Positions 37,611-47,747 are shown, counted from the stretch's first letter. The stretch: 64,000 bases of DNA from Bacteriovoracaceae bacterium (GCA_048270185.1 JBLWTJ010000003.1:256001-320000); one strand, 5' to 3'. Translations and numbers: made by a program. Notes: generated from the sequence alone by a model not told the origin.

Positions 37611-38125
37611 AGAAGTTTTTCCATAATTTCTTTTTCTAGTGTTGTCTCAAGTTTATCGACTGAACCGAGTAGGTAGTTGTGACCAACAAAGTGAGGAATG
37701 GCAACAATCATCCCACCAACAGTCGTTATTAGTGCCATTGAAATCCCTTGTGCAAATGAGGCCGGATTCGAAAGTCCTGTTTCTGACATAACATGAAATG
37801 CCGTTAGAACACCGACAACTGTTCCGAGTAGCCCTAAAAGAGGTGAGATTGTCGCAATGATCTTTACAGTATTAAGACCTCTTTCTACTGACATGATGTG
37901 TCCAGCTAGGTATTGCTTAGCAATTTCAATCTTAGAAGTTGTGTCCAATTTGTCCCCACTTCCAATAATTCTTTTTTCAATATCCGATGAAGTTTGTGTC
38001 GTCATTTTCATTTCTACAGAAAGAAAATAAGCTTTTGATAACATGATTGCCCATCCTACAATATTGATAAATAGTAGAATATACATAATTAACCCACCCT
38101 GCTGGATGTACTCATATAAGCGCAT
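37607..38125 (-). CDS. exbB: MotA/TolQ/ExbB proton channel protein
   Basis: SPLLGLLGTVVG, GISMALITT and VAIP. Confidence 0.9.
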   Translation of the reverse strand: MRLYEYIQQGGLIMYILLFINIVGWAIMLSKAYFLSVEMKMTTQTSSDIEKRIIGSGDKLDTTSKIEIAKQYLAGHIMSVERGLNTVKIIATISPLLGLLGTVVGVLTAFHVMSETGLSNPASFAQGISMALITTVGGMIVAIPHFVGHNYLLGSVDKLETTLEKEIMEKLL

Positions 38126-38334
38126 TGCTTCTCCTTTTAATTAATAAATCTCTACAATTTTATTACATTTTAGTGTCCATGAGAACCGTAATTTCTGACT
38201 GATTTTTTAGGGGATTCAAACAATTTATTACTTTTAATCGATTTTACAAAAACCTAACATAAATTAGATAAATATTTTTGCAGGCTTGGTATTATATAGA
38301 CATAGAAGAACACATAGTAACAATTGGAGGTCCT

Positions 38335-38613
38335 ATGTTATACAATCTAAGCTACCATAACGTTGATCACTCAGAAGCTTTTGAAGATTACGTAGCTAAG
38401 AAACTCAAGGGAATTTCAAATGACTTCAGAAATGTTGGTCATATTCAATTTGTGGCCGACAAGAAAGGTCCAGATTATGTCTTTTCTGCAAATGTGAATG
38501 GACATAAGCACAGTTTTCATAAAAAAGCGAAAGGGGACAATGTCTATAAGGCAGCAGCAAATGTGCTAAACTCTTTTAAGAACTGGTATCGCGACCAGAA
38601 AATGGCCAGCTAG
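38335..38613 (+). CDS. Ribosome hibernation factor HPF/RaiA-like protein
   Basis: NLSYHNVDHSEAFEDYVAKKL...GDNVYKAA pattern; ATG 38335 with a GGAGG RBS. Confidence 0.65.
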   Translation: MLYNLSYHNVDHSEAFEDYVAKKLKGISNDFRNVGHIQFVADKKGPDYVFSANVNGHKHSFHKKAKGDNVYKAAANVLNSFKNWYRDQKMAS

Positions 38614-38687
38614 CTCTAGCTAACTAGCTAAGAATTCAACTAAACAACTTTCCTTCCTTCGCCCAAAGTTTATTCGTCAATTTCGTT

Positions 38688-38714
38688 TAAACTTTGGGCA
38701 TTTTTTTCCGATAA
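38688..38714 (+). promoter_or_regulatory. Sigma-28 (FliA) promoter of the flagellin gene
   Basis: TAAA-N15-TCCGATAA. Confidence 0.8.
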
Positions 38715-38775
38715 ATTTATTGAGAAAGGTCATTCACGGTGGAATGACTGGAATTTTAATAGGTAGTCTTCAGGG

Positions 38776-39597
38776 ATGAGAGTAGGCACTAATGTCACAT
38801 CACAGCTTGCTCAGAGGATGTTAGGTAATGTGAATGATCATCATACTGGTGAGCTTCGCAAACTAGCTGAGTCTAAGCGTATATATGAAGCGGCGGTTGA
38901 TCCGGCCGGTGCTGCTATTGCGCTTAAAATGACATCTCAAAATCGTTCTAATCTACAGGCCCAGCGCAATTCAAATGATAGTTATTCAATGCTTGAAATT
39001 GCAGATGCAACAATGGGAAGCATGCAAGATATCGCAGTTCGTTTAAAAGAGCTTTCAGTGCAAATGGCAACTGATACATATAACGATCACGATCGTATGA
39101 ATACGAACCGCGAGTTCAAACAGTTAACAACTGAGATAATAAGAATACAAGAAAATGCACAATACAATGGAACAAAGCTCTTAGATAGCTCTGGTCGAAA
39201 CTTAGAGATGCAAGTCGGTATTCGTAACGATGCTAAGAATGATCGCATTACTTATAATATTAGTGATGTAATGAAATCCCACCGTAATCTTTTGGCCCAA
39301 AATGTTCTCACAAAAGAGGGTGCAAGAAATGCAATGGGTGCCGCTGATGCACTAATTGATAAGATTTCTAGTTCACGTGCAAAAGTTGGTTCAACGATGA
39401 AAAGAGTTGAAAGTACAACAGCAAACCTACAACATAACTATGAAAATTCAGAGTCAGCAAGATCAAAAATTGAAGATACGGATTATGCAAAATCAACGGC
39501 AGCAAAGGCCTTAGATTCAATTAAGATGGAATCGGCGACAGCATTCCTCGCGCAAGCTAATGTTGCACCAGGAGCTATCGCCAAGCTACTTGGTTAA
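38776..39597 (+). CDS. fliC: Flagellin (short, 273 aa)
   Basis: MRVGTNV, RIYEAAVDPAG, RLKELSVQ, YNGTKLL, SRAKVGS, SKIEDTDYA and LAQAN..P. Confidence 0.92.
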   Translation: MRVGTNVTSQLAQRMLGNVNDHHTGELRKLAESKRIYEAAVDPAGAAIALKMTSQNRSNLQAQRNSNDSYSMLEIADATMGSMQDIAVRLKELSVQMATDTYNDHDRMNTNREFKQLTTEIIRIQENAQYNGTKLLDSSGRNLEMQVGIRNDAKNDRITYNISDVMKSHRNLLAQNVLTKEGARNAMGAADALIDKISSSRAKVGSTMKRVESTTANLQHNYENSESARSKIEDTDYAKSTAAKALDSIKMESATAFLAQANVAPGAIAKLLG

Positions 39598-41771
39598 TTG
39601 ACTCCCAAAGCCTTTTTTACTTTTCCAAGTGTAATCGTTTCACCAAGTTTTATTAATTCACCATTTTGATTGATAACAAAATAGGCCGGTACGCCAACCA
39701 TTCCTTGTGACTCTAACCAACGGCCAATATCTTCATCTTTCTTTGTCCAGTCACCAAGTAAGAGATCAACTTGATTCGTATCAACCATTTCTTTAAAACT
39801 ACTTGTATTAATCACAAGTTTTTCATTTACTTTACACGTAATACACCAGCGTGCAGTGAAATCGATAAAAGTTAATTTCTTATTAGTGATTCGCTTTTGC
39901 ATCTCATCTTCTGTCCACTTATCCCACTTTAGTCCTTCTCGATTCTTATCTTCTAAAAGTGAGTTACCATTGCCATTTGTATTTAGTGGCGTTCTAGCAG
40001 CTGTAAATCCTAAGTAAAGGACTGGTATAAGAACTAGAATCGTTGCGAATGTTTTCTTTGTCATATTCTTTCTCAAGTAGAAGAGGAAGAAGATAAACAC
40101 TAGCGTTGAATTTATATACATTACTGCTACAGGAGATCCAACTAGGGCCGAATAAACATCAAGTAGCCAAACGACAGTTAGAACAAGCGTTAGCCCTAAA
40201 ACTTTTTTTACATGATCCATCCACATACCTGGCTTTGGTAAGAAGCGAATAAGGGCAGGAAAGAATCCTGTTAAAAGGAAAGGAGCACTAAGACCTAGGC
40301 CTATAAAGATAAAAATTAAAAAGATATTGGCCGTTGATTCAGAGAAAGCAAATGTAAGTGCCGTTCCCAGAAATGGAGCAGAACATGGTGTTGAAAGAAC
40401 TGTTGCCAATACACCACTGATAAAGTCTCCATAGAATGTATTTCTTACCTCAACATTACCAAGCTTTGATCCCCCTGGAGTTCTAAACTCAAAGAGTCCA
40501 AAGAGATTTAGTGCCATAATAAATATGATGAAGACCATAATGGCAACAAAGAGGGGAGATTGAAGTTGGAAGCCCCAACCGATCTGTTCTCCTGTTGATT
40601 TGATGGCGATCACACTTGCAGCAAGTGCGGCAAAAGTGGCAATGACCCCTAAAGAGTAGAAGAGGTTGTGCTTAAGTACTTTTGAGCGACTTTCATTTGA
40701 GTGTTTAATGAGTCCAAATAACTTAAGGGAGATAACTGGAAGTACACATGGCATGATATTTAGGATTAAACCACCTAGAAAGGCCATCATTAAGAAATAA
40801 GGAAGAGATGATCCTGCTTCATTATCCACGATCTTACTATCTGTTGCTTTAGTATTGTCTACCGGAGTTAAGCTACTATAGAAAGTCTTGAATGATTCTT
40901 CAGAATTTAATCCGAAGTTTGTGACTTCAAAGTCCACTCGATATGATTCCCCATTGATAGGGTCATTAAAGATGAACTTGAAATTTAAAGGCTCTTTGAA
41001 CTGTCCATCAGCAGGAAGAGGATACTCAGGTTCAAGGTATTCTCCATCCCATTCCATTTGATAAAGAGCATAGTGATTACCTTTTCTATCTTTAAATATT
41101 TTCTCTCTCTTAAAAGTGAGTGGACTTGTTGTATATGGTGTTAAAATATTTTGACCTGGCAATAGTTTTTGATTCTCTCCAGTAATATTGTAAACAAGGG
41201 CCAATTGTCCTTCGTGCTTTATCACCGAGAGCTGAAGGTAGTCAGGAGCTTCTTTTTTCATCGGAAGATTATTAAATCTTTTAAGAAGTTCTGGGGCGGA
41301 AACTTTGATTTGATTATCTGACGAAGTAAAGACACCATCTGTAAATGCTCCGCTTATTTTCCTTTCTTGTGGAATACAAATGTCATGGCAAACAAGGTAC
41401 TTAATATCAACGACAAAATCTTTGGCATTAGCAAAGCTTGTACCTAGATGATAGAAGTACGTGTACTCATCTTTGTGACCAAATGTTTGAATATCTCCCT
41501 GTTCAATAAATTTATGTGGCCTTGGCCATTCAACTTTTTCAAGAACGATCTTATCTCCTGCTTGGAAGAACTCAACCTCAGTAGCAAGACCCGAATCTCC
41601 TGGGTTTTCCCAGTAAGTATGCCAGCCATCTTTATTCTTCATATTAATGGCAAGATATGTTGAGCTATCTTTTACAAAAGAAGTAACCTCAAGCTTTACA
41701 AGATTTGAGTAGTCCTTCTTTTCTGCAAAGGTTAGGAGAGTGATGGCCATCACTAGGAGTGTCTTTAACAT
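39594..41771 (-). CDS. dsbD: DsbD-family protein-disulfide reductase
   Basis: GWHTYWENPG, CHDIC, MPCVLP, TPCSAP and DFTARWCITCK. Confidence 0.92.
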   Translation of the reverse strand: MLKTLLVMAITLLTFAEKKDYSNLVKLEVTSFVKDSSTYLAINMKNKDGWHTYWENPGDSGLATEVEFFQAGDKIVLEKVEWPRPHKFIEQGDIQTFGHKDEYTYFYHLGTSFANAKDFVVDIKYLVCHDICIPQERKISGAFTDGVFTSSDNQIKVSAPELLKRFNNLPMKKEAPDYLQLSVIKHEGQLALVYNITGENQKLLPGQNILTPYTTSPLTFKREKIFKDRKGNHYALYQMEWDGEYLEPEYPLPADGQFKEPLNFKFIFNDPINGESYRVDFEVTNFGLNSEESFKTFYSSLTPVDNTKATDSKIVDNEAGSSLPYFLMMAFLGGLILNIMPCVLPVISLKLFGLIKHSNESRSKVLKHNLFYSLGVIATFAALAASVIAIKSTGEQIGWGFQLQSPLFVAIMVFIIFIMALNLFGLFEFRTPGGSKLGNVEVRNTFYGDFISGVLATVLSTPCSAPFLGTALTFAFSESTANIFLIFIFIGLGLSAPFLLTGFFPALIRFLPKPGMWMDHVKKVLGLTLVLTVVWLLDVYSALVGSPVAVMYINSTLVFIFFLFYLRKNMTKKTFATILVLIPVLYLGFTAARTPLNTNGNGNSLLEDKNREGLKWDKWTEDEMQKRITNKKLTFIDFTARWCITCKVNEKLVINTSSFKEMVDTNQVDLLLGDWTKKDEDIGRWLESQGMVGVPAYFVINQNGELIKLGETITLGKVKKALGVN

Positions 41772-41960
41772 TTAGTATTCCTTAATTTTTATTAATTATT
41801 TTAATTCCTTAGCGGTATTATACGATAAATAATGATGCTAAATCCATCAATTGACAAAGATTTGACGAAACAGACCATAAGGACACACTTGAATCAAAAT
41901 TTGAATAAATTCACTTGAGCTGGATTTAACCTCTTGAAATTACATAGATTTATTTTTTGC

Positions 41961-41987
41961 TAAATATTTTAGTCTGTTATCCGAAAA
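41961..41987 (+). promoter_or_regulatory. Putative sigma-28 promoter
   Basis: TAAA-N15-TCCGAAAA, 36 nt upstream of the 42024 gene. Confidence 0.6.
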
Positions 41988-42023
41988 GAAAGGAGAAGAG
42001 GTACTAATAACGAGGAAAAAAAA

Positions 42024-42743
42024 GTGAAAACCTTAAAAACTTTATTCTTTGGATTTGCATTGTTGAATCTAGCTTCATGCAGCTTTGTCGAGCATTTTGA
42101 GAAACGTGCTCAGGCAGTAAATGAACTAGAGGACAAGATTTTGATTCTTTCAAAAAAGAATCAGGATCTAGGAAATAAGCTCATGCAAGCAAATTATAAA
42201 ATCAAGACTCTTGAGAGTAAGAACTTCTATCTTGAAACTCAGCTTAAAGATAAGGCCCCTAAGCCTGAAACTTATACCAAGCGTGAGATTGCAAGTGTTG
42301 CAAGAGTAAATAGCAATGACCTTGTTAAGTATGATGTTTATAAGTGGGATGCAAAGGAGATGGTATCCATTGCACAAAAAGAATTTGATGCTAAGAACTT
42401 TGAAAAGAGTGCACAGTTTTTTAATTCTTACACTAAGAACTTTCCAAACTCAAAAGGGATCGATGCAGATTTTCTGTTTCAAGCAGGTGTCGCAAGCTAT
42501 GAATCTGGTAAGCATTACGACTGGAGTGAGAAGTACTTCACATATCTTACTAAGAAGTATCCAACTTCAAAGTATTACCTTGGGGCAAAGCTTTGGCTTG
42601 GCCTTAGTTATTTAAAGCAAAATAGAAATGATGAATTCTTTGCAGTTGTTGAAGAGTTCAGAAAGAAATATAGAAACACTCCTGAATGGAATATCCTAAG
42701 TGGGCACTATGAGAAGATCGTACAAAAGTATAAAAAGAACTAG
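42024..42743 (+). CDS. Coiled-coil + TPR lipoprotein (CpoB/YbgF-like architecture)
   Basis: Lipobox LASC, coiled coil, then TPR-like helices (KNFPNS, KKYPTS, LWLGLSY). Confidence 0.75.
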   Translation: MKTLKTLFFGFALLNLASCSFVEHFEKRAQAVNELEDKILILSKKNQDLGNKLMQANYKIKTLESKNFYLETQLKDKAPKPETYTKREIASVARVNSNDLVKYDVYKWDAKEMVSIAQKEFDAKNFEKSAQFFNSYTKNFPNSKGIDADFLFQAGVASYESGKHYDWSEKYFTYLTKKYPTSKYYLGAKLWLGLSYLKQNRNDEFFAVVEEFRKKYRNTPEWNILSGHYEKIVQKYKKN

Positions 42744-43956
42744 TATTTTAGTACTAGCACTTATCACTTCATTTGCTATGGCCAAAACGCCAAGAGCTGT
42801 TGTTGCTTCTGTGCAAGGAAATGTCTTTGTTACAAGTAACCAACAAACCAGAAAGCTCGATGCTGGAAGCTATATCTATGATTTCGATGATATCTTTACT
42901 GAAGTTGGAGCTGAACTTGTTTTTAAAGATTACTTTGATCATGAATATCATGTGTCTGGATCTAGTTACGTTTCAATGCTTAATAAAATTGTTGAATTAA
43001 AGTCTGGATACATTTGGGTTAAATCAATGGAAGAAACAGATGATAAATTTCAGCTTCAAACTGTGAACGCTACAATTGCTTATAATAGTGGTGAATTCAT
43101 CGCTTCTTATGATCCACAATCTGGAAAATCACAAATTCTAAGTATTAAGGGTAGCCATACAATTAATAATAACGTTTATGAGTTTATGAAAGAAAAAGTA
43201 GGCCCTGGACGCTTCTCATTTGTAAAAGAAGATTATGAAAATGGTGCTCCTAGAGTTCCAACTCCAATTTCTTCTAGTGCATACGATGCTGTGACTTCAT
43301 TATTTCCAAATGTGAAACCAATGGATAGTCGTACACTAGTAGCAAAAGCTCCAAGTCATAAGGATAATAAGATTTCACAAGAACTCTATGAAAAATCTCC
43401 AAAGAGATCAACAGCTTCTGTGACTCTTAGAGAAGATATGCGTGTTTCACAAAAGCCGGGAAGTATTGTTGTTAGACAATCAACAAAAGTAGCGACTCGT
43501 CGTCAAATTGCTTCTGTTCCTGTTGAATCTGAAACGACACGTTCAAAGAAGCTTGAATCTTTCTATGGTGATAAACTTCGTGAACTTGCTTCTGAAGCTC
43601 CAAAGAAAGTAGTTAAAAAGAAATTTAAACCAGACTACTCAACTAAGTCTGATGTTCAACTCAATATTCATATGCCGACTTACCGAGTTCCGGCGTCAGT
43701 TACTCCTGATGAAGGTGTGAGAAAATTTCGTCCAGCTCCAGCTACTCCTGTGGAAGAAGTGAAGCCAGCTAAAGAACCAGTAAGCTCTCGTAATCCTGCT
43801 TCAGTTCAAAGCCCAATAAATGATGATCTACAAACAGATGTTTTTGAGTCATCACTACGTCAAGAATACTTAAGACAACCTAAGCACGATAGTGCGGTCA
43901 ACAAGCTAATTAATGATCTTGAGAGTTATAGTCAAGATTACAAAGAAGCGTACTAA
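42709..43956 (+). CDS. Secreted protein with FecR-like N-terminal beta domain and low-complexity C-terminus
   Basis: Signal peptide, VASVQGNVFV...VELKSGYIW...QTVNAT and repeated RxxAS motifs. Confidence 0.6.
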   Translation: MRRSYKSIKRTSILVLALITSFAMAKTPRAVVASVQGNVFVTSNQQTRKLDAGSYIYDFDDIFTEVGAELVFKDYFDHEYHVSGSSYVSMLNKIVELKSGYIWVKSMEETDDKFQLQTVNATIAYNSGEFIASYDPQSGKSQILSIKGSHTINNNVYEFMKEKVGPGRFSFVKEDYENGAPRVPTPISSSAYDAVTSLFPNVKPMDSRTLVAKAPSHKDNKISQELYEKSPKRSTASVTLREDMRVSQKPGSIVVRQSTKVATRRQIASVPVESETTRSKKLESFYGDKLRELASEAPKKVVKKKFKPDYSTKSDVQLNIHMPTYRVPASVTPDEGVRKFRPAPATPVEEVKPAKEPVSSRNPASVQSPINDDLQTDVFESSLRQEYLRQPKHDSAVNKLINDLESYSQDYKEAY

Positions 43957-43989
43957 AAAAATATCCAGCTATTATAAAAAAATGATCTC

Positions 43990-44028
43990 AGTTAAAATAT
44001 AAGCAATTAATTTGCTTATATTTTAACT
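43990..44028. repeat. Perfect 17-bp inverted repeat upstream of guaB
   Basis: agttaaaatataagcaa-ttaat-ttgcttatattttaact. Confidence 0.9.
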
Positions 44029-44047
44029 ATTTAGATGGGATCAGCGC

Positions 44048-45526
44048 ATGTCAGACTCAAAAATTACACAGGCCCTTACTTACGATGATGTATTAATTAA
44101 ACCGGGATACTCTGAGGTTCTACCTTCGGATGTAAGCCTAAAATCAAAATTCTCTCGCAATATTGAATTAAATATTCCAATCGTTTCAGCTGCCATGGAT
44201 ACAGTGACGGAATCAAAGACGGCAATCGTTATGGCCCAACAGGGTGGAATTGGTGTTATCCACAAGAATATGTCAGTTGAAGAACAAGCCTGGGAAGTCG
44301 AGAAGGTAAAGAAGTTTGAGTCAGGTGTTGTTTTAAATCCTATCTCAGTTGGTCCTGAAACTTATCTTGAAGAAGTCCTGAGGCTAACGAATAAGAATAA
44401 GATCACAGGTGTTCTTGTTGTTGATAGTGAAAACTACTTAGTTGGGATTCTGACAAGTCGTGATATTCGCTTTGAGCAAAATCTTAATCAGAAAGTAAAA
44501 GATGTCATGACACCGAAAGAGAAACTTGTGACTGGTCATGAAGGAATTGATCTTGATGAAGCTCAAAAGATTCTTCACCAGAATCGAATTGAAAAACTTC
44601 CAATTATTTGTAAAGACGGAAAGCTTAAAGGTCTTATTACAATCAAAGATATTTTAAAACGTATTAATTTTCCAAACTCAAATAAAGATGCACTTGGCAG
44701 ACTTAGAGTCGCGGCCGCGATTGGTGTTGGAGAAAAAGAACTCAATCGTGCCCAGTACCTAATCAATGCTGAAGTTGACTGTATTATTATTGATACGGCC
44801 CATGGACACTCTAAAGGTGTTATTGAGATGGTTAAGAAAGTTAGAGGCCTAGTAAAAGAAGGTCAAAGCTTAGATATTATTGCAGGAAATATTGCAACAC
44901 CTGAAGCTTGTAAAGCTCTTATTAAAGCAGGTGTTGATGGAGTTAAGGTAGGAATTGGTCCTGGATCAATTTGTACAACTCGTGTTGTGGCCGGAATAGG
45001 GGTTCCGCAACTTTCAGCAGTCATGGATTGTGCAAGTGTTTGCCTAAAAGAAGGGATTCCCTTCATTGCAGATGGTGGGATTAAGTACTCTGGTGATATT
45101 GTTAAGGCCCTAGCGGCGGGAGCAAGTTGTGTCATGCTAGGCTCAATGTTTGCAGGCTGTGATGAAACTCCAGGTGAGATGGTACTTTATCAAGGGCGTA
45201 CTTATAAGGTTTACCGTGGAATGGGATCTCTGGGGGCCATGAAGCTTGGTTCAAAAGATCGTTACGGTCAAGCAGATGTGGACGATCAAAAACTCGTTCC
45301 AGAAGGAATCGAAGGGCAGGTTCCTTATCGTGGAAGTCTTGCTTCAAATATCTTCCAATTAAACGGAGGAATTAGAAGTGGGATGGGCTATATCGGAGCG
45401 GAGACAATTACACAGATGCAAGAGAAAGCACAATTTGTAAAAATCACAGCTGCATCTTTAAAAGAAAGTCATCCACACGATGTCATGATTACAAAAGAAG
45501 CACCTAATTATCAAATTGAAAAATAA
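44048..45526 (+). CDS. guaB: IMP dehydrogenase
   Basis: [11 protein letters not shown] pair, [14 protein letters not shown] and YRGMGS. Confidence 0.98.
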   Translation: MSDSKITQALTYDDVLIKPGYSEVLPSDVSLKSKFSRNIELNIPIVSAAMDTVTESKTAIVMAQQGGIGVIHKNMSVEEQAWEVEKVKKFESGVVLNPISVGPETYLEEVLRLTNKNKITGVLVVDSENYLVGILTSRDIRFEQNLNQKVKDVMTPKEKLVTGHEGIDLDEAQKILHQNRIEKLPIICKDGKLKGLITIKDILKRINFPNSNKDALGRLRVAAAIGVGEKELNRAQYLINAEVDCIIIDTAHGHSKGVIEMVKKVRGLVKEGQSLDIIAGNIATPEACKALIKAGVDGVKVGIGPGSICTTRVVAGIGVPQLSAVMDCASVCLKEGIPFIADGGIKYSGDIVKALAAGASCVMLGSMFAGCDETPGEMVLYQGRTYKVYRGMGSLGAMKLGSKDRYGQADVDDQKLVPEGIEGQVPYRGSLASNIFQLNGGIRSGMGYIGAETITQMQEKAQFVKITAASLKESHPHDVMITKEAPNYQIEK

Positions 45527-45538
45527 AGGCAAGTTGAA

Positions 45539-47092
45539 ATGAGCACAAGACAAATTTGGATCGTGGACTTCGGTTCACAATACACGCAATTAATTACGAG
45601 AAAATCACGTGAGCTTGGTTATTCAAGTGAAATTATCACAGTTAAAAAGGCCCGTGAGCTATTTGCTAGTGGAAAGAAACCACAGGCATTAGTTCTATCT
45701 GGTGGCCCTCAATCTGTTTTTGAAGATGAAACAAATTATGACTTTGTCTTTGATAATGAAAACCTACCAATCCTTGGTGTATGCTACGGTATGCAGCTTA
45801 TGGGGAAGTACTTTGGTGGTGTCGTTGAAAAGGGAACGATTGGAGAGTATGGCCATGCAAAGATTCATTTAGCTGATGGCTTTAAAATGGCCGGTGTACC
45901 TGAAGTTGTCAATGTATGGATGTCTCACTCAGATCATATATCAACACTACCAAAAGATTTCACTCTAACAATGGAATCGGGCAACGGACTTGTTTCAGCA
46001 ATTGAACATAACACACGACCAATGATGGGACTACAATTTCATCCAGAGGTTGAACATAGCGAACATGGTAAAGATATTTTAAATCACTTCTTCAAAGATG
46101 TTGCAAAACTTGAAATGGATTGGGATACAACGGAGATGCTTGAAGAGGCAAAGAACCTTGTTCGTGGTATTGAAAAATCAAAAGTACTTTGTGCTTTTTC
46201 TGGTGGTGTCGACTCACTTGTTGCGGCCCAATTATCACATGAAGTGATTGGAGATAATCTCTACTGCTTCTTCGTTGATCATGGACTTCTTCGTCCACAA
46301 GACTACCACCATATCGAATTACTTAAAAAGAAAACCCAATTAAATATTGAAATCATTGATGTCAAAGAAGAATTTCTTGGAAAGCTGAAAGGTAAGTCTG
46401 ATCCTGAAGACAAGAGAAAGACGATTGGTCGAACTTTTATTGATGTCTTTGAGAAAAAAGTAAAAGAATACCAAGACAATCACGGTATTAATTTTGAATA
46501 CCTACTACAAGGTACACTATATCCTGATGTTATTGAATCAATCTCTCCTCATGAGGAAGATGGAAAGTCTGTAACAATTAAGTCTCACCACAATGTTGGG
46601 GGACTACCAGAGCGTATGAATCTAAAACTTCTTGAGCCTCTTCGTTATCTCTTTAAAGATGAAGTGAGAAAGATGGGGGAGGAGTTAGGACTTGAACACG
46701 CATGGGTTCATCGTCACCCTTTTCCAGGGCCAGGAATTGGGATTCGCGTTCTTGGAGAGCTAACTGCGGACCGTATTCGCCAAGTTCAAGAAAGTGACCA
46801 AATTCTTTTTGAAGAACTTCATGCTCACAGTTTATATGAATCAACATGGCAGGCCTTAACGGTTTTACTTCCTGTTAAAACAGTAGGAGTAAAGGGTGAT
46901 GGCCGTGCTTATGAAGAAGTCATCTGCCTTCGAATGGTTAACTCAAGTGATGGGATGACGGCCACTTGGACTGATATGCCCCATGCTTTCTTATCTCGTG
47001 TTTCTTCAAGAATCACTAACGAGGTAAAAGGCATCACTCGTGTTGTTTATGACATTACGTCTAAACCTCCTGGTACTATTGAATGGGAGTAG
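45539..47092 (+). CDS. guaA: GMP synthase (glutamine-hydrolysing)
   Basis: DFGSQY, GVCYGMQ, QFHPEV, SGGVDS, KSHHNVGG and KPPGTIEWE. Confidence 0.98.
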   Translation: MSTRQIWIVDFGSQYTQLITRKSRELGYSSEIITVKKARELFASGKKPQALVLSGGPQSVFEDETNYDFVFDNENLPILGVCYGMQLMGKYFGGVVEKGTIGEYGHAKIHLADGFKMAGVPEVVNVWMSHSDHISTLPKDFTLTMESGNGLVSAIEHNTRPMMGLQFHPEVEHSEHGKDILNHFFKDVAKLEMDWDTTEMLEEAKNLVRGIEKSKVLCAFSGGVDSLVAAQLSHEVIGDNLYCFFVDHGLLRPQDYHHIELLKKKTQLNIEIIDVKEEFLGKLKGKSDPEDKRKTIGRTFIDVFEKKVKEYQDNHGINFEYLLQGTLYPDVIESISPHEEDGKSVTIKSHHNVGGLPERMNLKLLEPLRYLFKDEVRKMGEELGLEHAWVHRHPFPGPGIGIRVLGELTADRIRQVQESDQILFEELHAHSLYESTWQALTVLLPVKTVGVKGDGRAYEEVICLRMVNSSDGMTATWTDMPHAFLSRVSSRITNEVKGITRVVYDITSKPPGTIEWE

Positions 47093-47220
47093 ATGCGTCA
47101 TTGTTTGCCTAATGGCAAACTATGGGACGCATCTACAGCTCCCCATCTCTTTAGCTAGTAAATAGCGACGAGAGGTGTGCGTTTATGCACACCGGTTCGG
47201 CAAAGGAGCAATGGGAAAGA
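47089..47220 (+). ncRNA. Candidate structured RNA or palindromic repeat element, copy 2 (3' of guaA)
   Basis: Same conserved blocks and stem architecture as 6476-6607 on the minus strand. Confidence 0.55.
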
Positions 47221-47233
47221 AGCCGAAAAGAGG

Positions 47234-47308
47234 TACCACCCAACCAGCGACAATTAATCACAACGTGATTAATTAAGCGTCGCAAAGAAATACCACCCAA
47301 CCAACGAC
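47234..47308. repeat. 18-bp direct repeat pair flanking a hairpin
   Basis: taccacccaacca(g/a)cgac at 47234 and 47291, with aattaatcac-aac-gtgattaatt between them. Confidence 0.85.
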
Positions 47309-47656
47309 TTAAAGCCTACAACTTAACTTATAAACCGTTCCGCCATCAACACTGGCAAGCTCGAATTTCTTATTCTCATCAAAAGTCGCAGTAGAAGTGA
47401 TTCCTCTTGTATAATCTGGCCCAAAAGTAATTTTTGCAACATACTTTTCTTTCTCATAGCGAGTAAAGACATAGTAGGCTTCATTAATATCAGCGTGAAC
47501 TTTTGAATCTGTGTAGTCAAAGGCATTGATTAGTTTTACTTCTTGAAATTGAGATTGACCTCGTTCATCGATAAATCTCTTGCTTCCAATGCAGTCCATT
47601 GAAAAAGCTGAAGTTGTGATAAGCATAGCTAGTGTTAGTGATGCAATATTTTTCAT
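47309..47656 (-). CDS. Small secreted beta-rich protein
   Basis: Signal peptide (SAFS), Cys near both ends, AAGGA RBS. Confidence 0.75.
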   Translation of the reverse strand: MKNIASLTLAMLITTSAFSMDCIGSKRFIDERGQSQFQEVKLINAFDYTDSKVHADINEAYYVFTRYEKEKYVAKITFGPDYTRGITSTATFDENKKFELASVDGGTVYKLSCRL

Positions 47657-47747
47657 TAAAATTCCTTTTCCCTAAGTCCTTTAATTAGGTTGAAATATTA
47701 ATCCTTGTTGATCAACTTAGCAAAGCGAGTTAGAAAGTGTAAGAATT

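Noticed and set aside
38608..38630. Short (t)agct iterations after the hpf-like stop
   Set aside because: Too short and low-complexity to distinguish from chance.
43957..44047. Purine riboswitch before guaB
   Set aside because: The 91-nt AT-rich gap lacks the three-way-junction consensus; only a palindrome is present.
47170..47200. gagaggtgtgcgtttatgcacaccggttc as group II intron domain V
   Set aside because: It lacks the AGC/CGC triad, GNRA loop and bulge geometry. It is a simple hairpin, and no intron ORF is present.
47234..47308. 18-bp repeat/39-bp spacer as a mini-CRISPR
   Set aside because: Only two short copies, the spacer is itself a palindrome, and there is no leader or cas gene.
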